From Bacteroidaceae bacterium (GTDB lineage: Bacteria > Bacteroidota > Bacteroidia > Bacteroidales > Bacteroidaceae), in assembly GCA_016302435.1 (NCBI GenBank), contig JAEDNQ010000001.1, positions 1 through 49,732 on the forward strand: DNA of 49,732 nt, in the 5' to 3' direction. The stretch's first letter is position 1. Every line of letters begins with the position of its first letter. Below the pieces are notes generated by a model, which was given only the letters and a program-made list of their open reading frames with translations, did no database searches and was not told where the DNA came from. The position numbers and the translations under genes are program-made. Shown piece after piece: positions 15,812-24,895 of the stretch.

Positions 15812-16930
15812 TTAGTCCTCTGCGAGCAGCTGGCGCATACTGTCGGTATACCATACGGCCATGTTGCCATTAGCGTCGGAGTAGATGAAGTAGGCCATGA
15901 GTTCTTTGTGTTGTGAGAGCACGCGTTTGGCCTCATCGAGTCCGAGAACCATGAAGGCTGTGGCGTAGGCATCAGCTGTGGCGCAGTCTTGTGTGAGGAC
16001 GGTAGAGGAGAGAATATTGTGCTGCACAGGTTGTCCCGTGCGTGGGTCGATAGTGTGAGCGTATTTCTTGCCGTCTTTCTCGTAGAAGTTGCGGTAGTTG
16101 CCTGATGTGGCCATGGAGATCTGTGTGGCAGCCAGCACTTGCTGTATCTCGTTGTTGGTGCACGTTGGGTCGTCAACAGGTGTGTTTATGCCTATGTGCC
16201 AAAGTTTGCCCTTGGGGTTGTAGCCCCTAAGTCTTATTTCGCCACCAATCTCCACCATGTAGTTTTTGATTCCCTGCGTTTCGAGGTAGAGTCCGACGGC
16301 GTCTACTCCGTAGCCCTTGGCTATGGCGCTGCAGTCGAGCATGGTGTGTGGGTTGTCTTTGACGATGTTGCCTTCCTGAAGTCTGACTTTGTCCATGCCG
16401 ACGAGAGGCATGATGCTGTCTACGGCAGCTTGTGTCACCTTATCAGAGTTTTTAAATCCGAATCCCCAAAGGTTGACGAGAGGTGCGACGGTGATGTCGA
16501 AGGCTCCGTCTGTCTGGGCTGATATTTGCTGAGCGAGGCGGAATACATCCTGGAGCATGCTGTCGACCTGTGTACTGGTGCCTTCGTTTATGGCTGTGAT
16601 GACGCTCTTAGGGTTGAAGGGCGAGAGCGACATGTCGATGCTGTTGAGTGTGCTGTCGATGCCAGCCTGGAGGCAGGTGGGCGACTGGTAGGTGATGTGG
16701 TAGATGGTGCCAAAGATGTTGCCTTCAGCTCGCTGTATGTTGCCTTCAGCCCAAGGGGTGCTGGGCGAGGGGGCATTGTTGCTGTGGTTGGTGCGGTAGA
16801 TGTATACAGTGCCGATTATGAGCAGGAGCAGCAGTGGCCATCCCCACCATTTTATCTTGTGTGGGGCATAGGGGTCGAAGGCTTTCTGTGTGTCCTTAGT
16901 GTCGGTCGATGTGGTGTTGGATTTGTCCAT
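15812..16930 (-). CDS. apbE: FAD:protein FMN transferase (ApbE family)
   Basis: N-terminal TM anchor; GTIYHITY, AFDITV.PLVNLWGFG, AIAKGYGVD, MATSGNYRNF motifs typical of ApbE. Confidence 0.8.
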   Translation of the reverse strand: MDKSNTTSTDTKDTQKAFDPYAPHKIKWWGWPLLLLLIIGTVYIYRTNHSNNAPSPSTPWAEGNIQRAEGNIFGTIYHITYQSPTCLQAGIDSTLNSIDMSLSPFNPKSVITAINEGTSTQVDSMLQDVFRLAQQISAQTDGAFDITVAPLVNLWGFGFKNSDKVTQAAVDSIMPLVGMDKVRLQEGNIVKDNPHTMLDCSAIAKGYGVDAVGLYLETQGIKNYMVEIGGEIRLRGYNPKGKLWHIGINTPVDDPTCTNNEIQQVLAATQISMATSGNYRNFYEKDGKKYAHTIDPRTGQPVQHNILSSTVLTQDCATADAYATAFMVLGLDEAKRVLSQHKELMAYFIYSDANGNMAVWYTDSMRQLLAED

Positions 16931-16997
16931 GTGTTGTGGGTGTATGTAGATGTGTTGATGTCTGTTGTGTGGTGGATGAGGTATGTCGTCACTTTTC

Positions 16998-17960
16998 TCA
17001 CTTTCCTCTCTTTTCTGTTGTTGTCTCTACGCCTTCCTCTATCTCGTTCGTCTCAATCTCTTCCTCTTCTTGCTCTTCATCATCCGGGGTGGTAGGGGAA
17101 TCAGTAGTTTCTGTTGGTATGTCTTTTATTGAGATGCTGACTCCTTTCTTTGTATTCTTTTTCTTTCCCCAGTTGAGGTCGAAGATGAGGCTGTAAGAGG
17201 CACTCCAGCAGGTGGAGTTGGTGGTGTATCCGTAGCCAGGAATGCAGCTTGGCTTGGCATTGAGGCTTTTGGTGGAAGATATTTCCCTTTTATATCTCAC
17301 TGCCCATCCCATGTGGAAATTTTTGTACATCTTGACTTCTACTCCAAAGATGAATTCCGCCCAGGAACTGGTGCAGTCGATACCTTTGATGTCGTAGGGT
17401 TCGGAGCCTCCCCAGATGGGGTCAGAGATGGCTGGACCCGACATGTCGTATTTGAACTTTGATATTCCATATCGCGCACCGAGGTAGAGTCTGTTGTCTT
17501 GGAACTTATTCTTCAATATGTTAATGTCCACACCTATGCGTCCGTAGGGCGCTGACACATTGTAGGTGATGGAAGTGTTGACATCGGCTTTCTCACATTT
17601 GGCATATCCTATCTCTACAATAGGGAAAAAAGTGTTTTTGAGGTTGAGCCTGAGAGCTCCTTCTGCCCATCCGTAGTCGGACAGAGCGTAAGCCGCTGGT
17701 CCGTAGACATCGGCTGATATGTTGAATCCCTGGAAAAAGACGAGGTGTTGTTCTTGCTCTTTCACTTCAACATATTTTGTGGGTTTAGGTGTTTCGCCAG
17801 GCATGAGCACCGTCATTCCTTTTGTGTCGGTCTTTCCTTGCTGTGCGGCAGGATAGGCAGGCTGCTGTGCGGCTGTCTGGGGTTGCTGCGCGTGGAGGCC
17901 AGATGGGAGAGCTGATGCTATGGTGAGGAGTAGGATGTATGTCGCTGTTCTTGCTTTCAT
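16998..17960 (-). CDS. Hypothetical outer-membrane beta-barrel-like protein with an acidic C-terminal tail
   Basis: Signal peptide (ALPSGLHAQQ), Gln/Pro/Ala-rich linker, alternating-hydrophobicity strands, C-terminal tail DDEEQEEEEIETNEIEEG. Confidence 0.5.
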   Translation of the reverse strand: MKARTATYILLLTIASALPSGLHAQQPQTAAQQPAYPAAQQGKTDTKGMTVLMPGETPKPTKYVEVKEQEQHLVFFQGFNISADVYGPAAYALSDYGWAEGALRLNLKNTFFPIVEIGYAKCEKADVNTSITYNVSAPYGRIGVDINILKNKFQDNRLYLGARYGISKFKYDMSGPAISDPIWGGSEPYDIKGIDCTSSWAEFIFGVEVKMYKNFHMGWAVRYKREISSTKSLNAKPSCIPGYGYTTNSTCWSASYSLIFDLNWGKKKNTKKGVSISIKDIPTETTDSPTTPDDEEQEEEEIETNEIEEGVETTTEKRGK

Positions 17961-18016
17961 CGTGGGAGGGGGAGTGGGTAAGTGAGGAAAAGGACGGTGG
18001 AGGAGTGTAGGGAAAG

Positions 18017-18649
18017 CTACTCGTCGGGTGTCTCTGCAGCTCCGTTGAAGTATATTTTGATGTTGGTGTTGCCCTCGTAGTCTACGTGGGGGTTGGTTAT
18101 CTCTATATGGTCAATGGCTGCAGCTGTTGACTTGATGCCGAGTAGAGTGTGATAGCGGTAAGTGCCGCACTCGGGCAGTTCTACGTAGGGGTAGCTGTCA
18201 TGGTCAATCCAGATGGTGTCCTTAGCTGATATGGAGCGGTAGGAGACGATGAGTGTGTCTCTGTTGCGGTAGTAGCTCATGGGCAGTGACATGGAAGTGG
18301 CTGCACAGAGGTTGTTGAGCAGTATGGTATCATTGCGTTGCTGCGATACGGTCTCGGTGTAACCTTGTTCTACGAGCTCAGGGGCGGGCACATCTTTCAC
18401 CACCGTCTTGTTGCCCATCTTGCGATAGGTGTAGATGGTCTTGTGTCCTGGCATGAGGGTGGTGACGGTGATGGTGTCGTTGTATTGTACGGGAGTGCCG
18501 TATGAGTCGTGGAAGGAGAAGTTGCAGAGAACGTTGTTGTCGAGCGGACAGTTGTTGGAATAGCATGCTGAGAGCATCGTGATGGCAGTCGCGATGGCTA
18601 TGGTTGTCAGACTCCTGACGCGTGGCGTTTGTTGCATGTTTGGCTTCAT
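18017..18649 (-). CDS. Hypothetical lipoprotein
   Basis: Lipobox ITMLSAC; 210 aa; paired with the downstream beta-barrel-like gene. Confidence 0.5.
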   Translation of the reverse strand: MKPNMQQTPRVRSLTTIAIATAITMLSACYSNNCPLDNNVLCNFSFHDSYGTPVQYNDTITVTTLMPGHKTIYTYRKMGNKTVVKDVPAPELVEQGYTETVSQQRNDTILLNNLCAATSMSLPMSYYRNRDTLIVSYRSISAKDTIWIDHDSYPYVELPECGTYRYHTLLGIKSTAAAIDHIEITNPHVDYEGNTNIKIYFNGAAETPDE

Positions 18650-18694
18650 GAATTTACCTTTTTACGGGGAGGAAGGACATTTGTGATGCCTCAG

Positions 18695-19654
18695 TTATAC
18701 CTCTTTCTCCACCTGATACTTGTTGCGCTCAGGGCTGTTTCGGCTTATGAGGTCTCCAAGGAAGCCTGCGACGAAGAGTTGTGTGCCGAGTATCATGGTT
18801 GTGAGTGAGATATAGAAGTAGGGGCTCTCGGTGACGAGTGCATGGGGCGTATTGTTGTGGAGGTCGATGAGCTTTGAGGCACCGACACATACGATGGCTA
18901 TGAAGCCAGCTATGAACATGAGAGTACCGATGAATCCGAAGATGTGCATGGGTTTCATGCCGAAGCTGTCGATGAACCAGAGGCTGATGAGGTCGAGGTA
19001 GCCGTTGACGAATCTGTTCCACCCCATGAACTTGCTCACGCCGTGCTGTCTGGCCTGATGGTGCACGGGCTTTTCTCCTATCTTGCTGAATCCAGCGTTT
19101 TTGGCCAAGTAGGGTATGAAGCGGTGCATCTCTCCGTATACTTCAATATGTTTGACCACGTCTCGCCTGTAGGCTTTGAGTCCGCAGTTGAAGTCGTGGA
19201 GGTTGTGAATGCCGCTGACCATGCGTGTGGTGGCATTGAAGAGCTTGGTGGGTATAGTCTTGGAGAGTGGGTCGCCCTGTCGGCGGTTCATCTTGTAACC
19301 GCTTACGAGGTCGTAGCCCTCTTCCTTTATCATCTTGTATAGCTCCGGTATCTCGTCGGGGCTGTCTTGGAGGTCGGCGTCCATGGTGATGACGACATCT
19401 CCCTGAGCCTTTTCAAATCCGTGGTAGAGTGCCGGACTTTTGCCGTAGTTGCGTCTGAACTTTATGCCGTGAACTTCGGGGTGTGTCTGGCTCAGTCTCT
19501 CTATCTCGTCCCAGGAGTGGTCGGTGCTGCCATCGTTGACGAATATGACCTCGTATGTGAAGTGGTTGAGGTCCATGACTCTCTTTATCCACTCGTGCAG
19601 TTCTGCTATTGATTCTTCCTCGTTGTATAGAGGCACTACTACTGAAATGTCCAT
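18695..19654 (-). CDS. Family 2 glycosyltransferase (polyprenyl-phosphate sugar transferase-like)
   Basis: SVVVPLYNEEE, VNDGSTD and MDADLQD motifs plus two C-terminal TM helices (GtrB/DPM1-like layout). Confidence 0.8.
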   Translation of the reverse strand: MDISVVVPLYNEEESIAELHEWIKRVMDLNHFTYEVIFVNDGSTDHSWDEIERLSQTHPEVHGIKFRRNYGKSPALYHGFEKAQGDVVITMDADLQDSPDEIPELYKMIKEEGYDLVSGYKMNRRQGDPLSKTIPTKLFNATTRMVSGIHNLHDFNCGLKAYRRDVVKHIEVYGEMHRFIPYLAKNAGFSKIGEKPVHHQARQHGVSKFMGWNRFVNGYLDLISLWFIDSFGMKPMHIFGFIGTLMFIAGFIAIVCVGASKLIDLHNNTPHALVTESPYFYISLTTMILGTQLFVAGFLGDLISRNSPERNKYQVEKEV

Positions 19655-19796
19655 GGTGTGGGGGTGTATGTAAATGTGTATGATTCTTGTTTGTATGTAT
19701 GGGTCTCTGTGCTGTTTTGTCTCTTCACACGCTTACACGTATGCAGTATTTTCCTCTCTCAGCCTCAGCCAATAAACATCTTCTGCATTCTCCGCT

Positions 19797-20375
19797 TCAG
19801 CGTGACTGTGTTTGTGGCTCCTTCAGCTTTATCGTGGCTGATGCGAAGTAGGAAGTGAATATTGAGCCAAAGAATCCTAAGAAGCAGTCGTAGCCCAAGA
19901 AGTTGAGGGCGATATTAGCGTTTCCAGCTTCTTCTATGTCCTTCAATCCGTCCATAGCTTGCGCATATTCGTTGGCGAGACCGAGAGATTCGTATGTCGA
20001 CTTTATTTCAGGCATGGCGAGCATGTTGTTGAGAGTGATGAAGAGTTGTCCCTGGTCCACATATTCGAGGTATACGTAAGTGGCTGCCGAATGGAGCACG
20101 CTGGCAAAGAAAAACATGAAGAGGGAGAAAGAGAACGCTTGTGCGTAGTTCATCTTTTGGCCTACGGCTGTGGTCTTCTTGTTGATGCGCACAGCGAGCA
20201 GCAGCGGGAAGAGTATGCAGACAACAATCATCAGAAGAATGCCGATAGCGTAAACGACGCTGTTGTGCTCGATAGATTTGACATAGTTGAAGAATAGGAG
20301 GAACCATGCCGTGCCGATGAAGGAACCGTATTCGAGCGCGTATTGTCTGAGTATCTTTTTGTTTGACTTGTTCAT
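19797..20375 (-). CDS. Hypothetical integral membrane protein (4-5 TM)
   Basis: 192 aa, hydrophobic. It may belong to the family usually found beside this GT2 gene in Bacteroidota (DUF4199, from memory and unverified). Confidence 0.45.
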   Translation of the reverse strand: MNKSNKKILRQYALEYGSFIGTAWFLLFFNYVKSIEHNSVVYAIGILLMIVVCILFPLLLAVRINKKTTAVGQKMNYAQAFSFSLFMFFFASVLHSAATYVYLEYVDQGQLFITLNNMLAMPEIKSTYESLGLANEYAQAMDGLKDIEEAGNANIALNFLGYDCFLGFFGSIFTSYFASATIKLKEPQTQSR

Positions 20376-20526
20376 TTAGTGTTGATGATGATGAGCTTGA
20401 TAGTTGAGAGATGATGTCTTTTCAGCGGCAGCGTACCTTCAGGCTTCGTCGCTGTGTCCGCCCTTGTAGCAGCCAAAAGCGTGTGGAGTTGGCTTTGTGA
20501 AGGGGTAGGATGCACAAAATGCCTTG

Positions 20527-20534
20527 CAAAGATA
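20527..20534 (-). promoter_or_regulatory. Candidate -7 box (TATCTTTG)
   Basis: CAAAGATA on the plus strand, about 150 nt upstream of the start at 20375. Confidence 0.35.
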
Positions 20535-20568
20535 CAAAATATATTGTTAACGAGCGTGCTTAAAGATG

Positions 20569-21144
20569 TTAATTGTGAATTTTGTCTGAATTTTTACTGA
20601 TATAATCCTTCCAAGACGAAAATTTGTGCTCTGTCTTTGGCATGCCCATCTGTATGAAATGGCAGTATGCAGCTCCGAGAGCATCGGTAGCGTCGAGCTG
20701 CACGTTCATGTCCTCCTTGCTTATCTTAAGCATGCGCTGCAGCATGCCAGCCACCTGTTCTTTAGCGGCATTGCCATTGCCCGTGATAGCAATCTTTATC
20801 TTTGATGGCTCATATTCGGTTATGGGAATGTCTCTCATGATGGCGGCCGTGATGGCCACTCCCTGAGCTCTGCCGAGCTTGAGCATAGACTGCACGTTCT
20901 TTCCGAAGAAAGGAGCCTCAATGGCCATCTCGTCGGGCTTGTAGGAGTCGATGATGCTTGTTATGCGCTCAAATATCTTGCCGAGCCTGAGATAGTGGCT
21001 CTCATACTTTTTCAGCTCGATAGTTCCCATGGCTACCAGCTCAGCTTTGTTGCCAACTACGCTGAGCACTCCGTAGCCCATGACGTTGGTGCCAGGGTCG
21101 ACTCCGAGGATGATTTTTTCTATCTGACTGTTGGTTCTTGCCAT
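20569..21144 (-). CDS. ruvC: Crossover junction endodeoxyribonuclease RuvC
   Basis: [15 protein letters not shown]-terminus, EAPFFGKN, and RNase H-like fold motifs. 191 aa. Confidence 0.85.
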   Translation of the reverse strand: MARTNSQIEKIILGVDPGTNVMGYGVLSVVGNKAELVAMGTIELKKYESHYLRLGKIFERITSIIDSYKPDEMAIEAPFFGKNVQSMLKLGRAQGVAITAAIMRDIPITEYEPSKIKIAITGNGNAAKEQVAGMLQRMLKISKEDMNVQLDATDALGAAYCHFIQMGMPKTEHKFSSWKDYISKNSDKIHN

Positions 21145-21197
21145 GAGAGAAGAGTGTGTGTAAGAAAAGTGTGTGTGTAAATGTATGTCTGCCTGTG

Positions 21198-21503
21198 CTA
21201 TTCTATTACCTCAAGCATGGTTGGGAAGCCCACAATCTTGTTTTTGAAGAGAGCGAGCATCTCATTGTTGATCTTGATGCCTTCTGTTGCATACCACTTG
21301 TGGAAAGTTTCCATGTCGTTAGTTTCAAACTGCACGGAGATGCACTCCGACGCTTCGTCGTGGTGGGTAATCACTCGACACATCCTAGAGCTCAGGATGG
21401 CACCACTTCTCTTTGCCTCTGGGATGTATTTTTCGTGGAGGTATACCACGAGATTATGAGCATCGTTGGTGCCTACCTGAAATGTGGTGTTGTATATGAT
21501 CAT
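21198..21503 (-). CDS. Small conserved hypothetical protein (DUF4286-like, from memory)
   Basis: About 100 aa starting [10 protein letters not shown]. The start was moved from 21545 to cat at 21501-21503. Confidence 0.45.
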   Translation of the reverse strand: MIIYNTTFQVGTNDAHNLVVYLHEKYIPEAKRSGAILSSRMCRVITHHDEASECISVQFETNDMETFHKWYATEGIKINNEMLALFKNKIVGFPTMLEVIE

Positions 21504-21553
21504 AAGTGTCCGAAAATAAAAGAGTATATATGAATTTTTTATCAAATGTCTTG

Positions 21554-21632
21554 TAGTGAGTCCTTCTAATTATAGGTAGGTCCTTCTAATTATTAGTGAG
21601 TCTTTCTAATTATTAGTGAGTCCTTCTATTAT
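21554..21632. repeat. 20-bp tandem repeat x4
   Basis: TAGTGAGTCCTTCTAATTAT / AGGTAGGTCCTTCTAATTAT / TAGTGAGTCTTTCTAATTAT / TAGTGAGTCCTTCT-ATTAT. Confidence 0.9.
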
Positions 21633-21875
21633 ATATATGTGTGCACATCAGCCGTAGCGTCACCCTCCCAGCGGCAGAGCAGCCGTGCGGGATGGGGAAG
21701 TAACTAAACGAAAAAATGCACGGCTGTGTCTCCGTTGAGATATGCCGTACATCACAGTATTCGTCTTTACCTAATTTATTTTGCATGTTGTTTTGTGCTA
21801 TTTTGCTTGCTTCCTCATGAGTGTGGACAGAGAGAGAGGCACTTGAGTTCTTTGTCGTCTATTGACACCTTAAAG

Positions 21876-21948
<73 letters not shown>

Positions 21949-21990
21949 AGCGTCAATGACGAAAAGCTTGTATATTTGTTAAAAGCGATG

Positions 21991-21998
21991 CAAAGTTA
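21991..21998 (-). promoter_or_regulatory. Candidate -7 box (TAACTTTG) for tRNA-Thr
   Basis: CAAAGTTA on the plus strand, 43 nt upstream of the tRNA 5' end. Confidence 0.45.
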
Positions 21999-22042
21999 GC
22001 ACTTTTTTTTTGAATGAGAATAGTTTTCAGTTAAATCTTTCT

Positions 22043-22050
22043 TAAATTTG
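22043..22050 (+). promoter_or_regulatory. Candidate -7 box (TAAATTTG)
   Basis: 50 nt upstream of the nuclease ATG at 22100. A second match, TATATTTG, lies at 21971-21978. Confidence 0.4.
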
Positions 22051-22099
22051 CAGAATATTATCGGTAAAATGCAATTTCACAAACAAAAAACAGATAGAA

Positions 22100-23086
22100 A
22101 TGACAAAAAAGACCACAAGAAAGAATCAGACGAAGAAGAAGAGCCCCAAGACCATACTGCTCACATGTGTGGCACTTGTGCTCGCTGTTGCAGGCATCAA
22201 CCAGGTGTGGAAGGGCGCAACGACCGACACCCTTCCCTCCGACACTTCCGTCGGACGCACATCTACCATCTCCTCAGAGCGCAACCAGCTCTATGCCCAG
22301 CAAGATGCCGCCAAGCAGCGAGAGGAGGAGCAGCGTCGGTTAAATGATACAGACGCCCCCGATGAGGGACTCTCGCGTGCAGCCTACGAAAATCTGGAGC
22401 AGCCAGCCCCCATCTCCGACCTCAACGAAGTGCTGCTCTTCAAGAAGCAGTTCATCGTCTCCTACAGTCTCAAGCACCTCTGTCCCAACTACGTCTGCTG
22501 GAGCCTCACACGCGAGCGAGCCGAGAGCGAGGATTGCAAGCGCAGCGACCGATTTGAAGAAGACATAGTCATCAGCGAGCGTTCGCGCGTGCAGACATCC
22601 GACTACAGCAACTCAGGCTACGACCGCGGACACATGTGTCCAGCCGCCGACAACCGCAACGATGCCGATGCCATGCGCCAGTCCTTCTTCATGACCAACA
22701 TCTGCCCCCAGTCCCATTCGCTCAATGCTGGCGCTTGGAAAGAGCTCGAAGAGTTCTGCCGCTCCTGGGCCAGCGACTACGGCACACTCTACATCTGCTG
22801 CGGACCCATCTTCGACAAAGCCAAGCCCAAGACCATAGGCAAACGTAAAGGAATCAAAATATCCGTGCCCGACCGCTTCTTCAAAGTGCTGCTCTATATG
22901 GGCCGCGAACCAAAAGCCATCGGATTTATCTATGCCAACGAACGTTGCACTAAAGACATACGTGACTATGCCGTCTCTGTCGACGAGGTAGAGAAAATCA
23001 CAGGCCTTGACTTCTTCCATCAGTTGGACGACAAGACCGAAAAAGCCGTGGAGGGACGATGCAAGCCTGCCGAATGGGGACTCTAA
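22100..23086 (+). CDS. DNA/RNA non-specific endonuclease (NucA/EndoG family), membrane-anchored or secreted
   Basis: N-terminal basic stretch plus TM/signal (ILLTCVALVLAVAG) and the active-site motif DRGHMCPAADN. Confidence 0.85.
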   Translation: MTKKTTRKNQTKKKSPKTILLTCVALVLAVAGINQVWKGATTDTLPSDTSVGRTSTISSERNQLYAQQDAAKQREEEQRRLNDTDAPDEGLSRAAYENLEQPAPISDLNEVLLFKKQFIVSYSLKHLCPNYVCWSLTRERAESEDCKRSDRFEEDIVISERSRVQTSDYSNSGYDRGHMCPAADNRNDADAMRQSFFMTNICPQSHSLNAGAWKELEEFCRSWASDYGTLYICCGPIFDKAKPKTIGKRKGIKISVPDRFFKVLLYMGREPKAIGFIYANERCTKDIRDYAVSVDEVEKITGLDFFHQLDDKTEKAVEGRCKPAEWGL

Positions 23087-23153
23087 TAAACCTCTCTCCT
23101 CCCAAAATGAGAAAAACAAACATACACATTAATATATATATAGATTTAATTAT

Positions 23154-23930
23154 ATGAAGAAATACGCCAAAGACCTGTTGGTGGCAGCAGTAGAACATCC
23201 CCACCAGCTCTATGTCTTGCTCAAACTCACCGACACCCAACCTCTCCCGGAGATGCGACCAGGACAGTTCGTTGAGGTAAAGATAGAAGGAAGCCCCACC
23301 ACCTTCCTTCGCCGACCCATATCCATCAACTATGTAGACCGCGCCAACAACCAGCTGTGGCTCTTGGTGAAGAAAGCAGGCGACGGCACACGCCAGCTCG
23401 CCACCCTCCAGCCAGGCGACAAGCTCAACCTCGTCTTCCCACTTGGCAACGGATTCTCACCCGTGAAGAGGGCAGGGGAGAGAGTGCTCCTCGTTGGCGG
23501 AGGAGTAGGAGTCGCCCCTCTGCTCGACTACGGCAAATACCTCAAAGACAACGGTGCTCAACCCATCTTCCTGCTTGGAGCACGCAGCGCCACCGACCTG
23601 CTCGAACTCGACATGTTCGAGCGGATAGCCCCCCTCCACATCACCACAGAAGACGGCTCTCAGGGCGAGAAAGGCTTCGTCACCCAACATTCGCTCCTCA
23701 AGCGCGACACCTTCGACCGCATCTCCGTCTGCGGACCCAAACCCATGATGGTCAGCGTGGCCCGATATGCCAAGCAAGCCAACATCCCCTGCGAGGTGTC
23801 ACTCGAAAACATGATGGCGTGCGGACTCGGAGCATGCCTCTGCTGCGTGGAGAAGACAGTGAAGGGCAACGTGTGCGTATGCAAAGAAGGCCCTGTATTT
23901 GACATCAACGACTTAACTTGGACAATCTGA
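23154..23930 (+). CDS. pyrK: Dihydroorotate dehydrogenase electron-transfer subunit
   Basis: FAD/NAD ferredoxin-reductase-like fold ([18 protein letters not shown]) and a C-terminal 2Fe-2S cysteine cluster ([12 protein letters not shown]...C.C). Confidence 0.85.
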   Translation: MKKYAKDLLVAAVEHPHQLYVLLKLTDTQPLPEMRPGQFVEVKIEGSPTTFLRRPISINYVDRANNQLWLLVKKAGDGTRQLATLQPGDKLNLVFPLGNGFSPVKRAGERVLLVGGGVGVAPLLDYGKYLKDNGAQPIFLLGARSATDLLELDMFERIAPLHITTEDGSQGEKGFVTQHSLLKRDTFDRISVCGPKPMMVSVARYAKQANIPCEVSLENMMACGLGACLCCVEKTVKGNVCVCKEGPVFDINDLTWTI

Positions 23931-23931
23931 T

Positions 23932-24840
23932 ATGGCAGACATAAGAACAAACATAGGCGGACTCTCGCTCAAGAATCCCGTCATGACAGCCTCAGGCACA
24001 TTTGGCTACGGCATCGAATTTGCCGACCTCGTCAATCTCGAAGACATAGGCGGCATCATCGTCAAAGGCACCACACTCAATCCGCGTGAAGGCAACGACT
24101 ACCCACGCATGGCAGAGACACCCAGCGGCATGCTCAACTGCGTCGGACTGCAAAACAAAGGTGTTGACTATTTCTGCCAACACATCTATCCAGAGATAAA
24201 AGACATCAACACCAACATGATAGTCAACGTCAGCGGCTCCTCGCCCGACGACTATGCCGAGTGCGCCTCACGCATCGATGCCCTCGACAATATTCCAGCC
24301 ATCGAACTCAACATCTCCTGCCCCAACGTCAAGCAAGGCGGCATGGCCTTCGGCGTCACCACAAAGGGAGCCTACGAAGTTGTCAAGGCTGTCAGAGAAG
24401 CATACCATAAGACACTCATTGTCAAGCTGTCGCCCAATGTTACCTCTATCACAGATATAGCCAAAGTCGTCGAAGATGCAGGAGCAGACGCCGTCTCCCT
24501 CATCAATACACTCATGGGCATGGTCATCGACACCGAACGCCGCAAGCCACTCCTCAGCATCGGTACAGGCGGACTCTCAGGTCCAGCCGTCAAGCCCGTA
24601 GCCGTCAGGTGTGTATGGCAAGTGGCAAAGGCTGTCCGCATACCAGTCATCGGCCTCGGCGGCATCATGAACGCCAAAGATGCCATAGAGTTCCTCATGG
24701 CAGGCGCATGCGCCATCGAGATAGGAACAGCCAATTTCATCGATCCCGCCGTCTCTGTCAAGGTGGCACAAGGCATCAACGACTGGCTCGACCAGCACGG
24801 ATGCAAGTCTATCAAGGAGATAATAGGAGCTGCACTGTAA
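23932..24840 (+). CDS. pyrD: Dihydroorotate dehydrogenase 1B catalytic subunit
   Basis: [40 protein letters not shown] motifs. Confidence 0.9.
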   Translation: MADIRTNIGGLSLKNPVMTASGTFGYGIEFADLVNLEDIGGIIVKGTTLNPREGNDYPRMAETPSGMLNCVGLQNKGVDYFCQHIYPEIKDINTNMIVNVSGSSPDDYAECASRIDALDNIPAIELNISCPNVKQGGMAFGVTTKGAYEVVKAVREAYHKTLIVKLSPNVTSITDIAKVVEDAGADAVSLINTLMGMVIDTERRKPLLSIGTGGLSGPAVKPVAVRCVWQVAKAVRIPVIGLGGIMNAKDAIEFLMAGACAIEIGTANFIDPAVSVKVAQGINDWLDQHGCKSIKEIIGAAL

Positions 24841-24895
24841 TGGTGCACTCCTTTTATATACACACTTACATCAACCCATACACACACAAGATACC

